Shown one piece after another: positions 41,251 through 56,828 of a stretch of 64,000 nucleotides of DNA. Made by a program: the position numbers and the translations under genes. Numbering within the stretch: the first letter of the stretch is position 1; each line of letters begins with the position of its first letter. The notes beneath the pieces were generated by a model that ran no database searches, was not told the origin of the DNA, and worked only from the letters and a program-made list of their open reading frames with translations. Source of the DNA: Octopus sinensis (Eukaryota); assembly GCF_006345805.1 (NCBI RefSeq), contig NC_042999.1, positions 72,044,001 to 72,108,000 on the forward strand, given 5' to 3'.

Positions 41251-41832
41251 CGAAAGGGATAAACTGAAGTTAGTTACTTATTAGTGTGCTTGAAGTTTAG
41301 TGTCCACAAACACCGAACGGACTGTTAAATCTACTATATATAAAATTATCCCAATTAACAATAAATAGCCAAGTTGATGGGTCTGGGGCTATAGTAGAAC
41401 TGCATGGTTTCAAAGCAACCTTTTTAATCATAGTGCCATGCCTACACCTGTATATGTATGTGTCAGTGTTTCTTTACAATGCTTCTTTTTATGACAAGTT
41501 TTATCGGAGAGTATATGTATTATAATTTTTTTTCTTTGAATGGAAAGGTTGGTCGTGACTTTTCAGATTCTGCTTCATCACTTTTTTCAGACTGTTTTTT
41601 TTTTCTATTCGGGTTCTGTTTGGCTTTATATAGACTTTGACCAGCTTATTTTCTTTTTTCTTGAGGGAACGGTGTAGGTGACATGAGAAGTAGTTGTGGA
41701 GAAAATGGAATAGAGAGAGATAGCAGGAAAGTATGTTTGTTTGGTGTGGACTAACGGAAAGATATTGTGAGGAGATTCACTTGGAAATATATACCAATGA
41801 GGGATAAGTTAAAAGACAGCTGTACCCGGCCA

Positions 41833-41903
<71 letters not shown>

Positions 41904-41904
41904 A

Positions 41905-42520
41905 AATATTAGGGAATAAATCCAAATTTACAGGGAAAAATCAGATTTAGGATTGAATCCAATTTTATAGTAAAATATTATATAATATTAACTAATATTA
42001 ATTAGAGACAAAACCACTATTTTGCAAATCAAACAAGGAAAGACTTAATCAATACATAAAAAAATTTTAATATAAAGTAAATAAATAAATAAAGTAAATA
42101 AATATTTCTTTGCTGTTAAAATTCCTATCCCAAAGGATTCCCTCCTATCCCTCAGGGTCAATAAAATAAATACCAGGTAAGCAGTGTTTTGATTTACTTT
42201 CATAGGATACCTCTAAAATTTGCAGTAATGTTTCATCGATGAGGGCAATAGGTAATTATTTCTATTACTTTAAGCTCGAAACACGATCCTATATGCGGTT
42301 AACCAAAAGTTTTAATTCATTTTCTTTCTTTTGCTAGCCTATAATGTGTGTTTTTCTCGGAGAATTTATGGTGGTGAGAGTGTCTTTTGACGTCTGTGTT
42401 TCAGTGCGTGGTGAGGCACAAACCAAGCCCTGGTGATAATTATATTAAAATTTTTTTATGTATTGATTAAGTCTTTCCTTGTTTGATTTGCAAAATATTG
42501 GTTTTGTCTCTAATTAATAT
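41905..42520. mobile_element. Penelope-like terminal repeat family copy with internal inverted repeat (41995-42080 vs 42440-42510)
   Basis: Shares its end with 5590-5935. Further copies at 46302-46633, 46680-46770 and ~48100-48245. Confidence 0.5.
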
Positions 42521-42532
42521 TATATATTATAT

Positions 42533-42596
<64 letters not shown>

Positions 42597-43081
42597 ATAG
42601 AAGGAGCTTCTACAGGACTAGTACTGTTTCATTCAAGAGAAATCTTCAGGAAGCTATTTAACAAGAATTGTATTAGCATTTATACATTTAGGCAGGTTTA
42701 AAGGAGTGGTGGTGGGGAACTTTTTTGGGGGAGGCATAGCGCAAAATATCATACTTGGGGGAGTGGTCAAGGAGTCAGTGGTAAGTTAGATGAAAGAATA
42801 GATAAATAAAAAAATAAAATAAAAAATAAAAAAATAAAAAAATAAAAAAAAAAATAAAAAAAATAATAAAATAATAAAATAAAATAAAAAAAAATTAAAA
42901 AAAAAAATAAATAAAAATAAAAAAATAAAAAAATAAAAAAATATAAAAAATAAAATGTGTGCACATACTTACAAAACACATATACATACACACACACATA
43001 CGTACACATGTGTGCCTATACATACCTACACATACACACATACATACATATATATATATATATACATATACATATACATAT

Positions 43082-43116
<35 letters not shown>

Positions 43117-43557
43117 TATATATATATACACAATCAAATACAGGCCATTCCCTAATTTTAATTTTATTATCTTCATTTATTATTTTGTTATCTTTGATCG
43201 CTAGGGCTAGGATCCTGGCGATGGCAGCATGTCCAATTGTCTGTCTACTAGAAGGCAAGTACTCGTTCCCGCACGCACACTCATTAGCACGTACATACAC
43301 CCATTCGTACACTCATACATATACACGTACGCACGTGTTATATTCATACATACAAACATCTACATACGTTCACGTATATACACATACGTACTCGTACCTA
43401 CAGATTCATGTCTACACTCTAGGAGGCTAGTCTATATATACACCAATAAATATACATATACATATATATATATATATATATATACACATACACATACACA
43501 CACACACACCAATATATTACTCCTACATACAGATACATACCCAATATATATACATAT

Positions 43558-43632
<75 letters not shown>

Positions 43633-43733
43633 ACATACATACACACACACACATATATTACACACACATACATACACATATATATACATAACAAACATAT
43701 ATACAACATATAATACATGTATATGTATATGTA

Positions 43734-43768
<35 letters not shown>

Positions 43769-43783
43769 GTATATATGTGGGGG

Positions 43784-43828
<45 letters not shown>

Positions 43829-43978
43829 GTATGTGTATATATATATATATGTATGTGTGTATGTGTATATATGTATGTATATGTGTATGTGTGTGTACAT
43901 GTATATATATGTGTGTGTGTATATATATATATGTTTATATGTGAGTATGTAGAGATATAAGTATATGCATGTGTATAC

Positions 43979-44025
<47 letters not shown>

Positions 44026-44107
44026 GGTATGTGTATCCGTGTATATATGTATGTGTGTGTGTATGTATATGTATGTATGTGTGTATATATGTATGTGTAT
44101 ATGTGTA

Positions 44108-44148
<41 letters not shown>

Positions 44149-44786
44149 GTATGTGTATGTGTGTGTAGGTGTGCATGTATGTGTATGTGTATATGTGTAT
44201 ATATATGTTTGTGTATTATATGTATATATATATATATATGGTATATATGTATATATATATATTAATATATATATATATATGTATATATGAGTGCGCGTGT
44301 GTGTGTATGTAGCATATATGTATGTATGCATGTATATGTGTATGTATATATGTGTGTAAGTGTGTGCATATATGTATATGTAAGTATGTGCGCGTGTATG
44401 AGTATGTATGTATGCTTGCACACGTGTATATATATGTGTGGTGTTGTATATATATGGATGCGCGTGCGTGCGTGCACGTGTATGGGTACGCATGTGTATA
44501 TGTGTATGTGCGTGTATGTGTATGTATGCATATATGTATGTATGCATGTATATGTGTATGTATATATGTGTGTAAGTGTGTGCATATATGTATAGGTAAG
44601 TATGTGTGCGTGTATGAGTATGTATGTATGCTTGCACACGTGTATATATGTGTGTGTGTGTGTATATATATGGATGCATGTGCGTGTGTGCACGTGTATG
44701 GGTACGCATGTATATGTGTATGTGCGTGTATGCGTATACGTGTATGTATGTATGTGTGGGCGTATATTTGTATATGTATGTGTGAG

Positions 44787-44854
<68 letters not shown>

Positions 44855-45066
44855 TGGGGGTGTATGTATGCGTATAATGCATGTAAGTATGGATGTATGG
44901 ATGTATGTATGTATGTTTACGTATGTATGTGTTGTGTGTATATGTATGTAGGTGTGTGTATGTATGTGTGTATATATGTATAATATATATGTGTGTATAT
45001 ATGTTTGTGTATGTATATATATGTGTATGTATGTGTGTGTATATATATGTGTGTGTGTGATGTATG

Positions 45067-45138
<72 letters not shown>

Positions 45139-45203
45139 ATATGTATATATATATGGGTATGTATCTGTATGTAGGAGTATATATATGTGTGTGTGTGTGT
45201 GTA

Positions 45204-45238
<35 letters not shown>

Positions 45239-45584
45239 GTATATGTATATTTATTGGTGTATATATATAGACTAGCCTCCTAGAGTGTAGACATGAATCT
45301 GTAGGTACGAGTACGTATGTGTATATACGTGAACGTATGTAGATGTTTGTATGTATGAATATAACACGTGCGTACGTGTATATGTATGAGTGTACGAATG
45401 GGTGTATGTACGTGCTAATGAGTGTGCGTGCGGGAACGAGTATTGCCTTCTAGTAGACAGACAATTGGACATGCTGCCATCGCCAGGATCCTTAGCCCTA
45501 GCGATCAAAGATAACAAAAGTAATATAAATGAAGATAATAAAATTAAAATTAGGGAATGGGCCTGTATTTGATTGTGTAATATA

Positions 45585-45631
<47 letters not shown>

Positions 45632-46207
45632 TGTATATGTATATGTATATATATATATATATGTAGTATGTGGTGTATGTGTAGGTATGTATAGGCACAC
45701 ATGTGTACGTATGGTGTGTGTATGTATATGTGTTTATGTAAGTATGTGCACACATTTTATTTTTTTATATTTTTTTATTTTTTATTTTTTATTTTTATTA
45801 TTTTTTTTATTTTTTATTTATTTTTTTATTTAATTTTTTTTTTTTTTTTTATTTTATTATTTTTTTATTTTTTATTTTTTATTTTTTATTTTTTATTTTT
45901 TATTTTTTATTTTATTTTTTTATTTATCTATTCTTTCATCTAACTTACCACTGACTCCTTGACCACTCCCCAAGTATGATATTTTGCGCTATGCCTACCC
46001 CCAAAAAAGTCCCCCACCACCACTCCTTTAAACCTGCCTAAATGTATAAATGCTAATACAATTCTTGTTAAATAGCTTCCTGAAGATTTCTCTTGAATGA
46101 AACAGTACTAGTCCTGTAGAAGCTCCTTCTATATAATAAATTAATTTTACTCTGCTATGTATTGAGTACCTTACTTACTGTGGTTAACCCCGGATCAACC
46201 CGGGACC

Positions 46208-46265
<58 letters not shown>

Positions 46266-46633
46266 TATATACATATATTTATACTTATGTGCATACTTAT
46301 GACCAGGGCTTGGTTTGTGCCTCACCACGCACTGAAAAACAGACGTCAAAAGACACTCTCACCACCATAAATTCTCCGAGAAAAACACACATTATAGGTT
46401 AGCAAAAGAAAGAAAATGAATTAAAACTTTTGGTTAACCGCATATAGGATCGTGTTTCGAGCTTAAAGTAATAGAAATAATTACCTATTGCCCTCATCGA
46501 TGAAACATTACTGCAAATTTTAGAGGTATCCTATGAAAGTAAATCAAAACACTGCTTACCTGGCATTTATTTTATTGACCCTGAGGGATAGGAGGGAATC
46601 CTTTGGGATAGGAATTTTAACAGCAAAGAAATA
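42103..46633. repeat. Large inverted duplication (foldback)
   Basis: Outer arms 42103-42434 and 46302-46633. Inner arms 42596-~43715 and ~44985-46133. The CA/TA-microsatellite spacer includes a ~217-bp tandem duplicate at ~44321-44760. Confidence 0.88.
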
Positions 46634-46877
46634 ACTAAATATCGTAAATATTATCCCATATACAATGGATTTTCTCGGAAAATGTATGGTGTTAATAGTG
46701 TCTTTTGACGTTTATTTTTCAGTGCGTGGTGGGGCAAAAGCCAAGCCCTTGTCATAGTTATGTATACAATTATAAATTATTTGTGAAATTTACCTATGAG
46801 GCTTTTATTTACGCACTGATCACTTGATAAAAATCATTAACGACTTTTACCCTTTATTATTATATTTAATATTTGAA

Positions 46878-46941
<64 letters not shown>

Positions 46942-49835
46942 ATATATATATATATATGTGTGGTGTGGTGTGTGTGTGTGTGTGTGGTGTGTGGTTGGTG
47001 TGTGTGTGTATGTGTGTGTGTGTGTGTGTGTTTGTGTATGTGTGTGTTGTGTGGGTGTGTGTGTACAGAAAAAAAAGAGAGAGAGAGAGACTGTGGCAGC
47101 AAAATTAATGCAGCCTTTCACATTTGTGCCTTATGACTTTTAATAATTGTCTGCAAGAAATTTTACAATTTATTATCGGTACTTCAACATTTCAATAATA
47201 TAAGCAGCAGTTTCGAAATATCGAATTAGCATGATACCGTCTTTTGTACACTCAGTAGTACATTTATCTATCGGTTTCAGGTGTGATTTTTCCAAGTTAG
47301 CTATGTACTGATCATAGTGATTAAATATCGGGATTTTCATTCATCTTCAAAATGTTATGTTAATAAACATGTCCCTTTATGCTTATGAACGCAAATTTGC
47401 TCAGCTTGTTTGAATAGCGCCCATAATTTCTAGGGAAGATTCTTACTATAAATTAAGGATTTTACGTCTTCATCTGATGACATCGTATGACCAGAAATTA
47501 TATATTACGGTTCATCAAGTGGTTTCAGGTTCAGATTTATTGTCAATTTCTTCATTAATGTATACACAGTTACAATCTATTGTAATTGTCCTTTCCTACT
47601 GAAGTGCGGCGTTTGTTTCTAATCAAGTCTTCAGTCATAGGTAGCTACGAAAATTCCATTTGAATACGGTACGTCACTTGAACCCTGTACGATTTCATTT
47701 CACACTATATACAAAGGCCTTAATTTACATCGAACAAAGTCCTTGTATTAGCATTACAGGCAAAGAAGAGAAGGTGCTATGTTCGTGTATGTAATGAGTG
47801 TACGATATGCGTGCATTCTCAGCGTGTGTGGGAACACATAACTTTAATTTGGAAATGGCCTTCCAATTTGTAGTTCCACCAATGCTGCAAATAATAACAC
47901 TTGTAAGATCAATCATAATCACAGCAACAACATTCGAACATTTCACTTGCTTCGACATAAACCGAATTCTTACAAAAGGAAGAATTCAAGCTGTTGGGAT
48001 GGAAATATTGGAATATTGGAATAATATATTTTATTGGGTTATAACCATTATTTAATTATATAATGGAAATATTGGTATTTGCCAATAAAAAGTTACTGCA
48101 ATTTTTAGAGGTGTCCAATGGCAGTAACTCAACAGACTGCTTGCCTGATATTTATTTTATTGACCCAGAGGAATAAGAGAGAATCCTGTGGGATTGGAAT
48201 TTTAACAGCAAAGAAATAACTAAATATCGTAAATATTATCCTATATTTTGGAATATTGGAAACGCTCCAAACACAAATCTACGCCGTATTTTACTATATT
48301 TCCATTATGAAGCATTACCATTATGCAAATTCTGCACTATATTTCCACACTGCATTGATGCACAGTATTATATTAAAAATTAACTACTTTTTACTTAAAA
48401 ATTAATTAATTACTGATTTACTTTTTCTCTAGTGTCAGTCATTAAGCTATGGCCATACTAACCACGATAAGTGTATTTTACTTTGGTTATAGATAGTTTC
48501 AGATTTTGTTTAAAAGCCAGCAAGTTCAATAAATGTAAGCTTTAGCACGTCAAATGGAGTCTCAAGAGAGAAGGGATAAGAGACTTTCCCAAGATCAGCA
48601 AAGGCATGCTGCAGTACATCAAATGAAGTTTCAAACATGAAGGAGGTGTCAAAACCTCAGATGATGGTTCGTGATCGACGCAGTGCCAACCACCGCAAAG
48701 GAGGGTAATCCACTGACAGCTTTTCGGTGCATTCAAAAATCACATAGACCCCATCCCCAATCTTCCATCACAGGTTACGGCCTGGAATACTCCAGACGGA
48801 AGCATGACATATCGCTTTGTTGTATTAGCCCATCAGTTACTCCACAAATGTTTTGTCGTCAATGATACACTTTCTCGTATCACCTGTTTCAACATAACTG
48901 TAATACATATAAAATTATGCCATTTTAATCCCGAGCAACGCCGGCTCTCTCTGCTAATACTTAAAAAAGAAATATTATTTAATTCACTGTTGACTCTCTT
49001 GAGTTCATTTATCCTTTATATGTATGACTTTTCCTCCTACAGAGAATCAGAATAGAAACACACTCACACACACACGCACACGCACACACACACACACACA
49101 TACACACACACACACACACACCTCGGAGAGCAAGCATTGTGGTATTGCCGGTTTAGTTATCTGTGGACCAATTTTTATTGATAACTTGATATGCTGACTC
49201 ACACCGTTGCGATTTCTCACCTTCTATCGAGGTTGTGGTGGTGGTGGTGTTTTTAGTTGTCGTCGTGGTCGTTGTCGTCGTTGGGGGGGGGGCTAATATT
49301 CTGTACTGGAAGAAATGGGGGTATAGAAAGGATTAAAAATTAAGGAAGTTAGGGTATTTCATTGTAAGTACAGTTAACAGTAATTGAGCGGTGGGAGGAG
49401 GTAGGTCCATCGTCGGCGAGGAAAGGTGGGAAAGTTTGTGTATTTTGCACATTAAAACGAAAAAAAAAATAGGGAAAACAACAAAACAATAGAGTAACAT
49501 CATCATCAATATCATCAGTAGAAGCCCCCAAGTCGGTAGCTTAAAACGATTCCCAGTTATGGCTGACAGGGTAAAACTTATCTTTTAATCATTATGGGCT
49601 GAAACGCATTGTCGGCCACAAGGTCCATCACTGAGTGTTACTCCAACATATCATTTAGAATAAATCTATAATTAAATGGGGTTTAATGTTATGAAATAGT
49701 TTATCATAAACGAATGGACTGAAGACCGTATGAAAATAACCCTGTGGTATTTTGAAACGGATCTCTAAATAGATGCCCATTAACAATAATTTCTACATTC
49801 TTTATTTGATATGCCTTCAGCCAATAGCATGTGCT

Positions 49836-50057
49836 ATTGGTTTCGAGTTTTGGCACAAGAACAGCAATTTCGAGGTAGAGGCGGATCGATTACATCGACC
49901 TTACTGCTCAGCTGGTACTTATTTTGTCGAACCCGAAAGGATGAAAGGCAAAGTTGACCTCTGTTGAATTTTAACTCAAAACATAAAGAACATAAATACA
50001 GGCGAAATGCCGCTAAGCATTATGCCCGGTGTGCTAACAATTCTGCCAGCTTGCCGT
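49836..50057 (-). mobile_element. tRNA-derived SINE (family A)
   Basis: Family motifs. Directly followed by a second copy. Confidence 0.8.
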
Positions 50058-50072
50058 TTTAATCGCATATGC

Positions 50073-50283
50073 TATTGATTTCAAATTTTGGCACAGGGCC
50101 AGCAATTTCGGAGGAGGGGGTTAATTCGAGTACATCGAACCCAGTATTCAACTGGTACTTATTTCATCACCCCAGAAAGAATAAACGGCAAAGTCGACCT
50201 CGGTATAATTTGAAATCAGAACGTAAAGACGGAGGAAATGCTGCTAAGTTTTCTGTCCGGCATGCTAACGATTGATAGCTCGC
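50073..50283 (-). mobile_element. tRNA-derived SINE (family A), tandem neighbour
   Basis: Family motifs. Diverged from the adjacent copy, so probably an independent insertion. Confidence 0.78.
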
Positions 50284-51993
50284 TCTCTCAGTCGCATATC
50301 CTATTCAGAATATGTGAAGTAAACAAACGTATTTCTGACAGTTTCGACTCTGAAGATCACGTCTTCGATCTACTGAATTGCCTGCCATTGAACCAATTTC
50401 TAAGTCACTGAATTTTCCACAGATGTGTATATCCTTAATTCATTTCTTAAGCTGATATACCACGAAACTTTGTTTTATCTCACAAAGCTCAGATAACTCG
50501 AAGTAATGGCAAAAGACACCTACCCGAGATGTCAAGAAGCAGAAGAAATCAACCTGAGTCTTCGTGATTTAGAAACAGTCTTTCAGCCATGCGGTGTCCA
50601 TTAAACAGAGCGTAAGCCTGCGTAGTGTGTATATACTGGCTAATGGTGCTTAGCTGTTTCGTTGAAGACAAAAAAATAATTAAATGTTTAATTGAATATA
50701 CAAATTAGCTCATTGCATATTCGAATTTCAAACATGCAAATTAAGCACAATCATTTTTCAAATTTTCAACTTGATTATTCTCCACAATAAACCTGTTATG
50801 TTTTTGCCATATTTGAATAAAATTATAGTGTTGTGTCCGGCTATAGTAATACCCTGTTTCAGTAAAATATACTCATGTATATTATAACATATTCTGAAGT
50901 TATTCTGAAACTGTCTATTGACTATCGATAAAATACGCCCCAAAGAAATAAACATTTCTTCAATAATCATACAAAACTTCTCATGAGCATTGATTAAATT
51001 TAGAAAAGCCTAGACAGGAATGTATTATTCGATCTCATCTCTTTTTCACATGATTAATTTTATGTTTTATTATAAATTCAAATTCTTCTGTAATACATTC
51101 TAGTTTGTTGCGAAATAATTTCTTGCTTCTCTCTTAATTATTTTAATATTTTCTATATTTTTCCAGGAAAATTATTGATTAAATGCAAATAACGTAGTAA
51201 AGGAAGAAGCCATTATAATATGAATTTATGTCAATAATCTGAACTCTCTCACCTTCACACACTGAATACAGAACTTCTGAGATTGAAAAATATGTTATTT
51301 AAAACAGCTCTCTCGACATTTGCTTTCTCTATTACCTTCATTAATTAGGATTGCCTACAGGGTCCTCCTTCTCTTAACAAGAATTAAATGTTTTCTGAGT
51401 GATGCTGTACACAGTATCCATAAATATTGTTTAGACTTTCCTACAACCCTGTAGCTAAACAAAACACTTGCAATTGATTGGAGGGAAGTCATATTTCTAC
51501 TGTAAATGACTCAAAATTTTACTCTAATAAGTTTTGTTCCCTACCGTCGCAGTCGGATATATAATTATTGAAATAAATTTTAAGTATTTAATTATCTCAT
51601 TTGTTGGAATATTTCCCTGCTGTCATTATCACTTTTATCATTTCTAAAGTGGTTCGGTTTTTACCAATTAAGAGTTTCTATCTCTCAGAGACTGCATAAT
51701 TATTGTCTTCATAATACATTTCATTTTAAACTTATTTTATAAGAGTAAGCTAATTTTATACAAATGAAACACCACACAAATATGGGAGACCTGCTAACAC
51801 ATCGGCTATCGTCTTTGAAGCCTTTATCTACCTATCTATCTATATCTATATATCTTTTTCCCCTCTCATTTTCACTCCCACTCTTCTTCTTCTCCTCTCT
51901 CTCTCTCTTCTACTCTCTTTCTCTTCCTTTCTCTCTCTTCCCCGATCTCTTTCAGTCTCTCATTCGCTCTCTCTATCTCTAAATGCATATATA

Positions 51994-52078
<85 letters not shown>

Positions 52079-52164
52079 TTTGTGTGCGTGTGTGTACATA
52101 TATATGCATATATTTATATATTATCATATTATTATATATAAAGATATATATGTATTTATATTGG

Positions 52165-52196
<32 letters not shown>

Positions 52197-53229
52197 ATAT
52201 TATGTATATATGTATGTATGTATGTATGTATATATATATATATATATATAGAGAGAGGAGAGAGAGAGAGAAAGAGAGATTCGTGTATAGTATGTCTTTA
52301 TGAATGCATATGGATTGAATATGTCACTGTTTATCTATATCTATCTCCGTCTCTCTGTTTATATACATACATATAATTATTGTGCATCTATATATGTATT
52401 ATATGCTTATATGTATGTATACCTGTATATATGTGGTATGCATGTGTGTATGCATGTGATGTATGTATGTATGTGTATATGTATATTTGTATATATGCAT
52501 GTTTCATTTATGCAAGTATATATGAATGGATGAAATACAGATATACAATAACCTTTTTACTGAAATGTCTGCCAATATTATGTTATTTAATTCAAATAAT
52601 TTTAAACAGTTTTATGAAACATTTTTAGGGCCGGCTTTATAAAATAAAATCACTGATGAAACACTTACTAAATGTTCTATCACTGCTGACATTTCAATGC
52701 TATGATTGAAGTAACCAGAAAGGCTGATAATCCTTGCCTACGAAATTTTATACTTTAAAATGTGCAAACGTTGGAGTCAAATATGAAGATGCATAGGTCA
52801 CTGCAAAGAAAATAAAAGGGAAATTGAACGAATTTGATAATTTACAATTAAGTAATTAGGCTATTTAGCTTACGGATAAATATTTTAATTTGAAACTTCT
52901 TATTTATATTTAAAATATATTTAAGTTTTACCTTGTTTGAACTTTGAATATATCTTGAAACTGTTCAACGATGTGTATCTCAAATGGATCGCTACAGTGT
53001 TACAAATAAACGTCACTCCAAACATAGGCTAAATGTTTTAAATATCGAAATACCATGTGTACTAATTCGTAGATTTGTTTGCGCTATCATATTTTTTATT
53101 TTGTTTTGTAAATGTCACCAATAATTTTTTTCAGTGTGTGAAAATACATGCAGTTTCGCCGTTTGGGTGACCATTTTAATATAATTTAGATAAAAGCCAT
53201 GTCAAACGATTGTAAGTTCATTCATGGAA

Positions 53230-53585
53230 TATCATACTGAATAATCACTTCTAAAATTGGACACACAAAAATCAATATTCAAAGTAATCAAACATAAACA
53301 ATGAAATGTGATATTTCCCCTGAGAGTTTAAGAAAATATTGTGCATTTGCTATGGGTTATTTCCCTTGGGTGTTTAAAAAATTAGTTATATGAGGCAGAT
53401 ATAAAGATCCCTTCCAGGGGCTGTATTATCGATTTTTTTCAACAATCTAAGTATGTTACGAACTTTCCAGACATGAGTTCCACTCACATGTCAAGTTTCA
53501 TCAAAATCAATAAAACGATGTGGGAGGAGTTAACTAACAACGTCACAAACAAATATACAACGATTTTCCACATATGTAATAGATA
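53230..53585 (+). mobile_element. Possible non-autonomous Helentron/DINE-like element
   Basis: End region caagtttcatcaaaatc...gtgggaggagtt...acaaac...gtaatagat resembles DINE/HINE-type ends (recognition only). Confidence 0.35.
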
Positions 53586-53789
53586 TATACCTTGTATATT
53601 TTAATTGATAAGTATCCATTTATACTTCGCAAATGTGGCATGCTTATATGCAAGCATCTTTATGCTTACTCCTGCCTAGAATTTATTACTTTACCAATTG
53701 GATGTGAAAATCCCGTGAAATGCTTCCAATTATAGGTCACATCTATAGATTCCAATTCTGCAGTAATTCCTTATATATTACTTACACAT

Positions 53790-53822
<33 letters not shown>

Positions 53823-54220
53823 CACACATATATATATATATATATGCGTTTATGAATCTGTGTCCCAAAATTCCGGATGTGAAACTGTGTTGAAACAGAT
53901 ATAGTTGCATTTCAAGATAGTCTTCTTTTTGTTTGTGCCAAAAAAACACACGCACTATATATTCGTTCTTCACTCGTTTATAACTGTTCTTATTTTAACT
54001 CATGTCCATGAAATATTTCGTCACACATCTGTGATCTCGTCAGTAACACTTTCCGTCATCGTGTGTGCTCTTGATCGCTTATTTCGCCTTTGAAAATAGA
54101 ATAAGCGGCGCAAGAGCACACACGTAGACGGAAAGTATCAATGAAGCGGTCAAAGATGTGTGACGGGCATCCCGAAATACAACAATATATATATACACAC
54201 ACTTGTATATCTACATATAC

Positions 54221-54256
<36 letters not shown>

Positions 54257-54267
54257 GTAAACATGTA

Positions 54268-54470
54268 ATGTTCGTAGCCACTTCAACATGGCTGTCCATT
54301 CCAACGGATTTTACACTTATTTTTAATCCCCAGAGGACATCTCCCCTAGTTTGAAATATATCTATGCAGCTGTGCATCGTCAACCAACTAGGAAAGATGC
54401 CTTCATGGGGTTAAAATTTCGAAGTAAAGTCCGTTTGAACGGACAACAATTTTGAAATGGCTACGAACAC
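54268..54470. mobile_element. ~200-bp MITE-like imperfect palindrome
   Basis: tgttcgtagccacttcaa...cctagtt pairs with aactagg...ttgaaatggctacgaaca. Confidence 0.7.
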
Positions 54471-54920
54471 TACTTGTTAGAACTATTACTGCGTTGATCT
54501 CTTAGAGAGATTTTAGAACTAGCATTTTGCCACGGTGATAGCCATAAGCTATAGGCTTATATAAAAAAAACATTATTATTATTTACGTGGTTGTAAAAAC
54601 GGCACCGTATATAAAAACGATTCGTACCGATATATATATATATATACATACATGTGTGCACGTGCGTGTGTGTGTGAATGTGTGTACATGAGTGTGTAAA
54701 CCAGCATTTCTATACATACAAATATAATAGAATTATCTATTTCTCCAAAGGTTCAGGAATAATGGACAGACCTAATCGATTATCGAACCTTGGTGAGATC
54801 CCATCAGAGATTTTGTTAATCATTGTCACTCTACTATTGATATCATTTCACTAATAATGTCATCGAACGCTCATTTGTAGAATTGCTAAATTATATCACA
54901 TAAGAAACGAACAAAACATA

Positions 54921-55295
54921 GAAGCGCTGGCATGGCCGTGTGGTAAGAAGCTTGCTTCCCAACCACATGATTCCAAGTTCAGTCCCACTGTGTGGCACCT
55001 AGGGAAAATGCCTTCTACTATAGTGTCGGACCGACAAAAGCCTTGTTGATTCATAGAAGCCCGTCGTGTATGTGTGTGTGTATGTGTGTGGCGTTGTATC
55101 TCTGTTTGTTCCGCTTGACAACTGGTGTTGGTGTGTTTGTTTCCCTGTAACTTAGCAGTTCGGCCAAAGTGACAGACAGAATAAGTACCCGGCTTAAAAG
55201 AAATAAGTAATGAGGTCAATTCATTCGACTAAAAATTCAATGCGGTGCCCCAGCATGGCCGCCGTCTATGATTGAAACAAATAAAAAATACAAGA
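54921..55295 (+). mobile_element. tRNA-derived SINE (family B)
   Basis: Homologous to 36987-37400. Confidence 0.8.
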
Positions 55296-55453
55296 TATGG
55301 ACATCACTCGCTTGATATTAAACAGGTGGATTTTTTTTTGTTCAATTTCTTTTTTTTTTTTTTGTAGAATAGGAAAAATATATTTTTTAAATCATTTTCG
55401 TAATTAACTAATATATTCTCTACTTTTTCATTTCGTTCTTTGTTTTCGAACAG

Positions 55454-55683
55454 AAGATCGCACATCGGGGAATTACTGGGAAAGAACCAATTCCAATTAC
55501 AGGCAATTTGAAATCATGCGAATGCGTCCAATGACCAAGTGCTCTTCATCGCAGACACCGGCTAATAACGGCATCAAGGTAGAAGAATATATTCCAAAAG
55601 ATATGAAATTAGAAAAGTTGAAATCGGAACAGGACTCTGCACATTCTCAGGTGGAAGTGACACAGACAGAAGATTTTGTCTAA
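55454..55683 (+). CDS. GRL101: GRL101-like GPCR, terminal exon (cytoplasmic tail)
   Basis: Long polypyrimidine tract with acceptor cgaacag. Phase 1 matches the previous exon. Open for 75 codons (EDRTSGNYWERTNSNYRQFEIMRMRPM...EDFV) to TAA at 55681-55683. Confidence 0.75.
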
Positions 55684-56036
55684 GCAGAAGAACCAAATTC
55701 ATCATTACTCCGAAAAACAGTTCACTAATTTGAAAAAAGATGTTAATTAACATTGTTACAGGAGATGCATAGCATTTCATGGAGAAGATGGAGTGTGGGA
55801 CGTTGTTAAGTAACTATCCGTTTGCAGAACGTTGAAGTAAAACAAAAAAAAACAAATACAAAGAAATGAAATTCAATATGAGGTTTTACCATTAATATTG
55901 TTAATTTTTTGGCTATTGTTTTGTTGTTATTGTTGTTGTCATAGCTTCGAGTTTAATTTTGGGTCAATTTATTTTTATATCATTATGCTTATGCCAGTTG
56001 CGCAGATCATAGATTTATACACACGGACTATATATG

Positions 56037-56135
<99 letters not shown>

Positions 56136-56164
56136 GTATATATATAATATTATATATATATATG

Positions 56165-56235
<71 letters not shown>

Positions 56236-56471
56236 AAACACACTCACACATATATAAGTCTACACTGGAGATAAGAACCTATAAGAAATGATATATAATT
56301 ATGCGTATATTACTATCAATGTACATATATGTTTATATGTATGCGTATATATACTATTTTTTATATTATATATTAATTTATTCTCCGGATATTACATCAT
56401 TATATAGAGGTCTCATGTTCATACGCCCACACACACACATATACATTCATACATACATATCCATATCTATC

Positions 56472-56540
<69 letters not shown>

Positions 56541-56623
56541 GTATATATATATATATTTATATATGTATATATATTATATATATTATATATATATATATTA
56601 TTATATATTATATATATGTATTA

Positions 56624-56662
<39 letters not shown>

Positions 56663-56728
56663 ATATATATATATATGTGTGTATTATATATATATTTTAT
56701 ATATATATATAAATAATACAATATATAT

Positions 56729-56828
<100 letters not shown>

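Noticed and set aside
42230-42295. TCGATGA-GGGC...GCTC-GAAA hammerhead-like motif (mirrored at ~46445-46505)
   Set aside because: Stem II is plausible, but the core is altered and there is no stem I pairing. At best a relic.
43432-44709. 425-aa ORF and many other YI/HT/CV-rich ORFs (36-37 kb, 39 kb, 43-47 kb, 52 kb, 56 kb)
   Set aside because: These are translations of (TA)n, (CA)n and (TACA)n microsatellites, which lack stops in some frames.
47468-47510. CTGATGA...GAAA at 47.47 kb
   Set aside because: Stems I and II cannot be formed.
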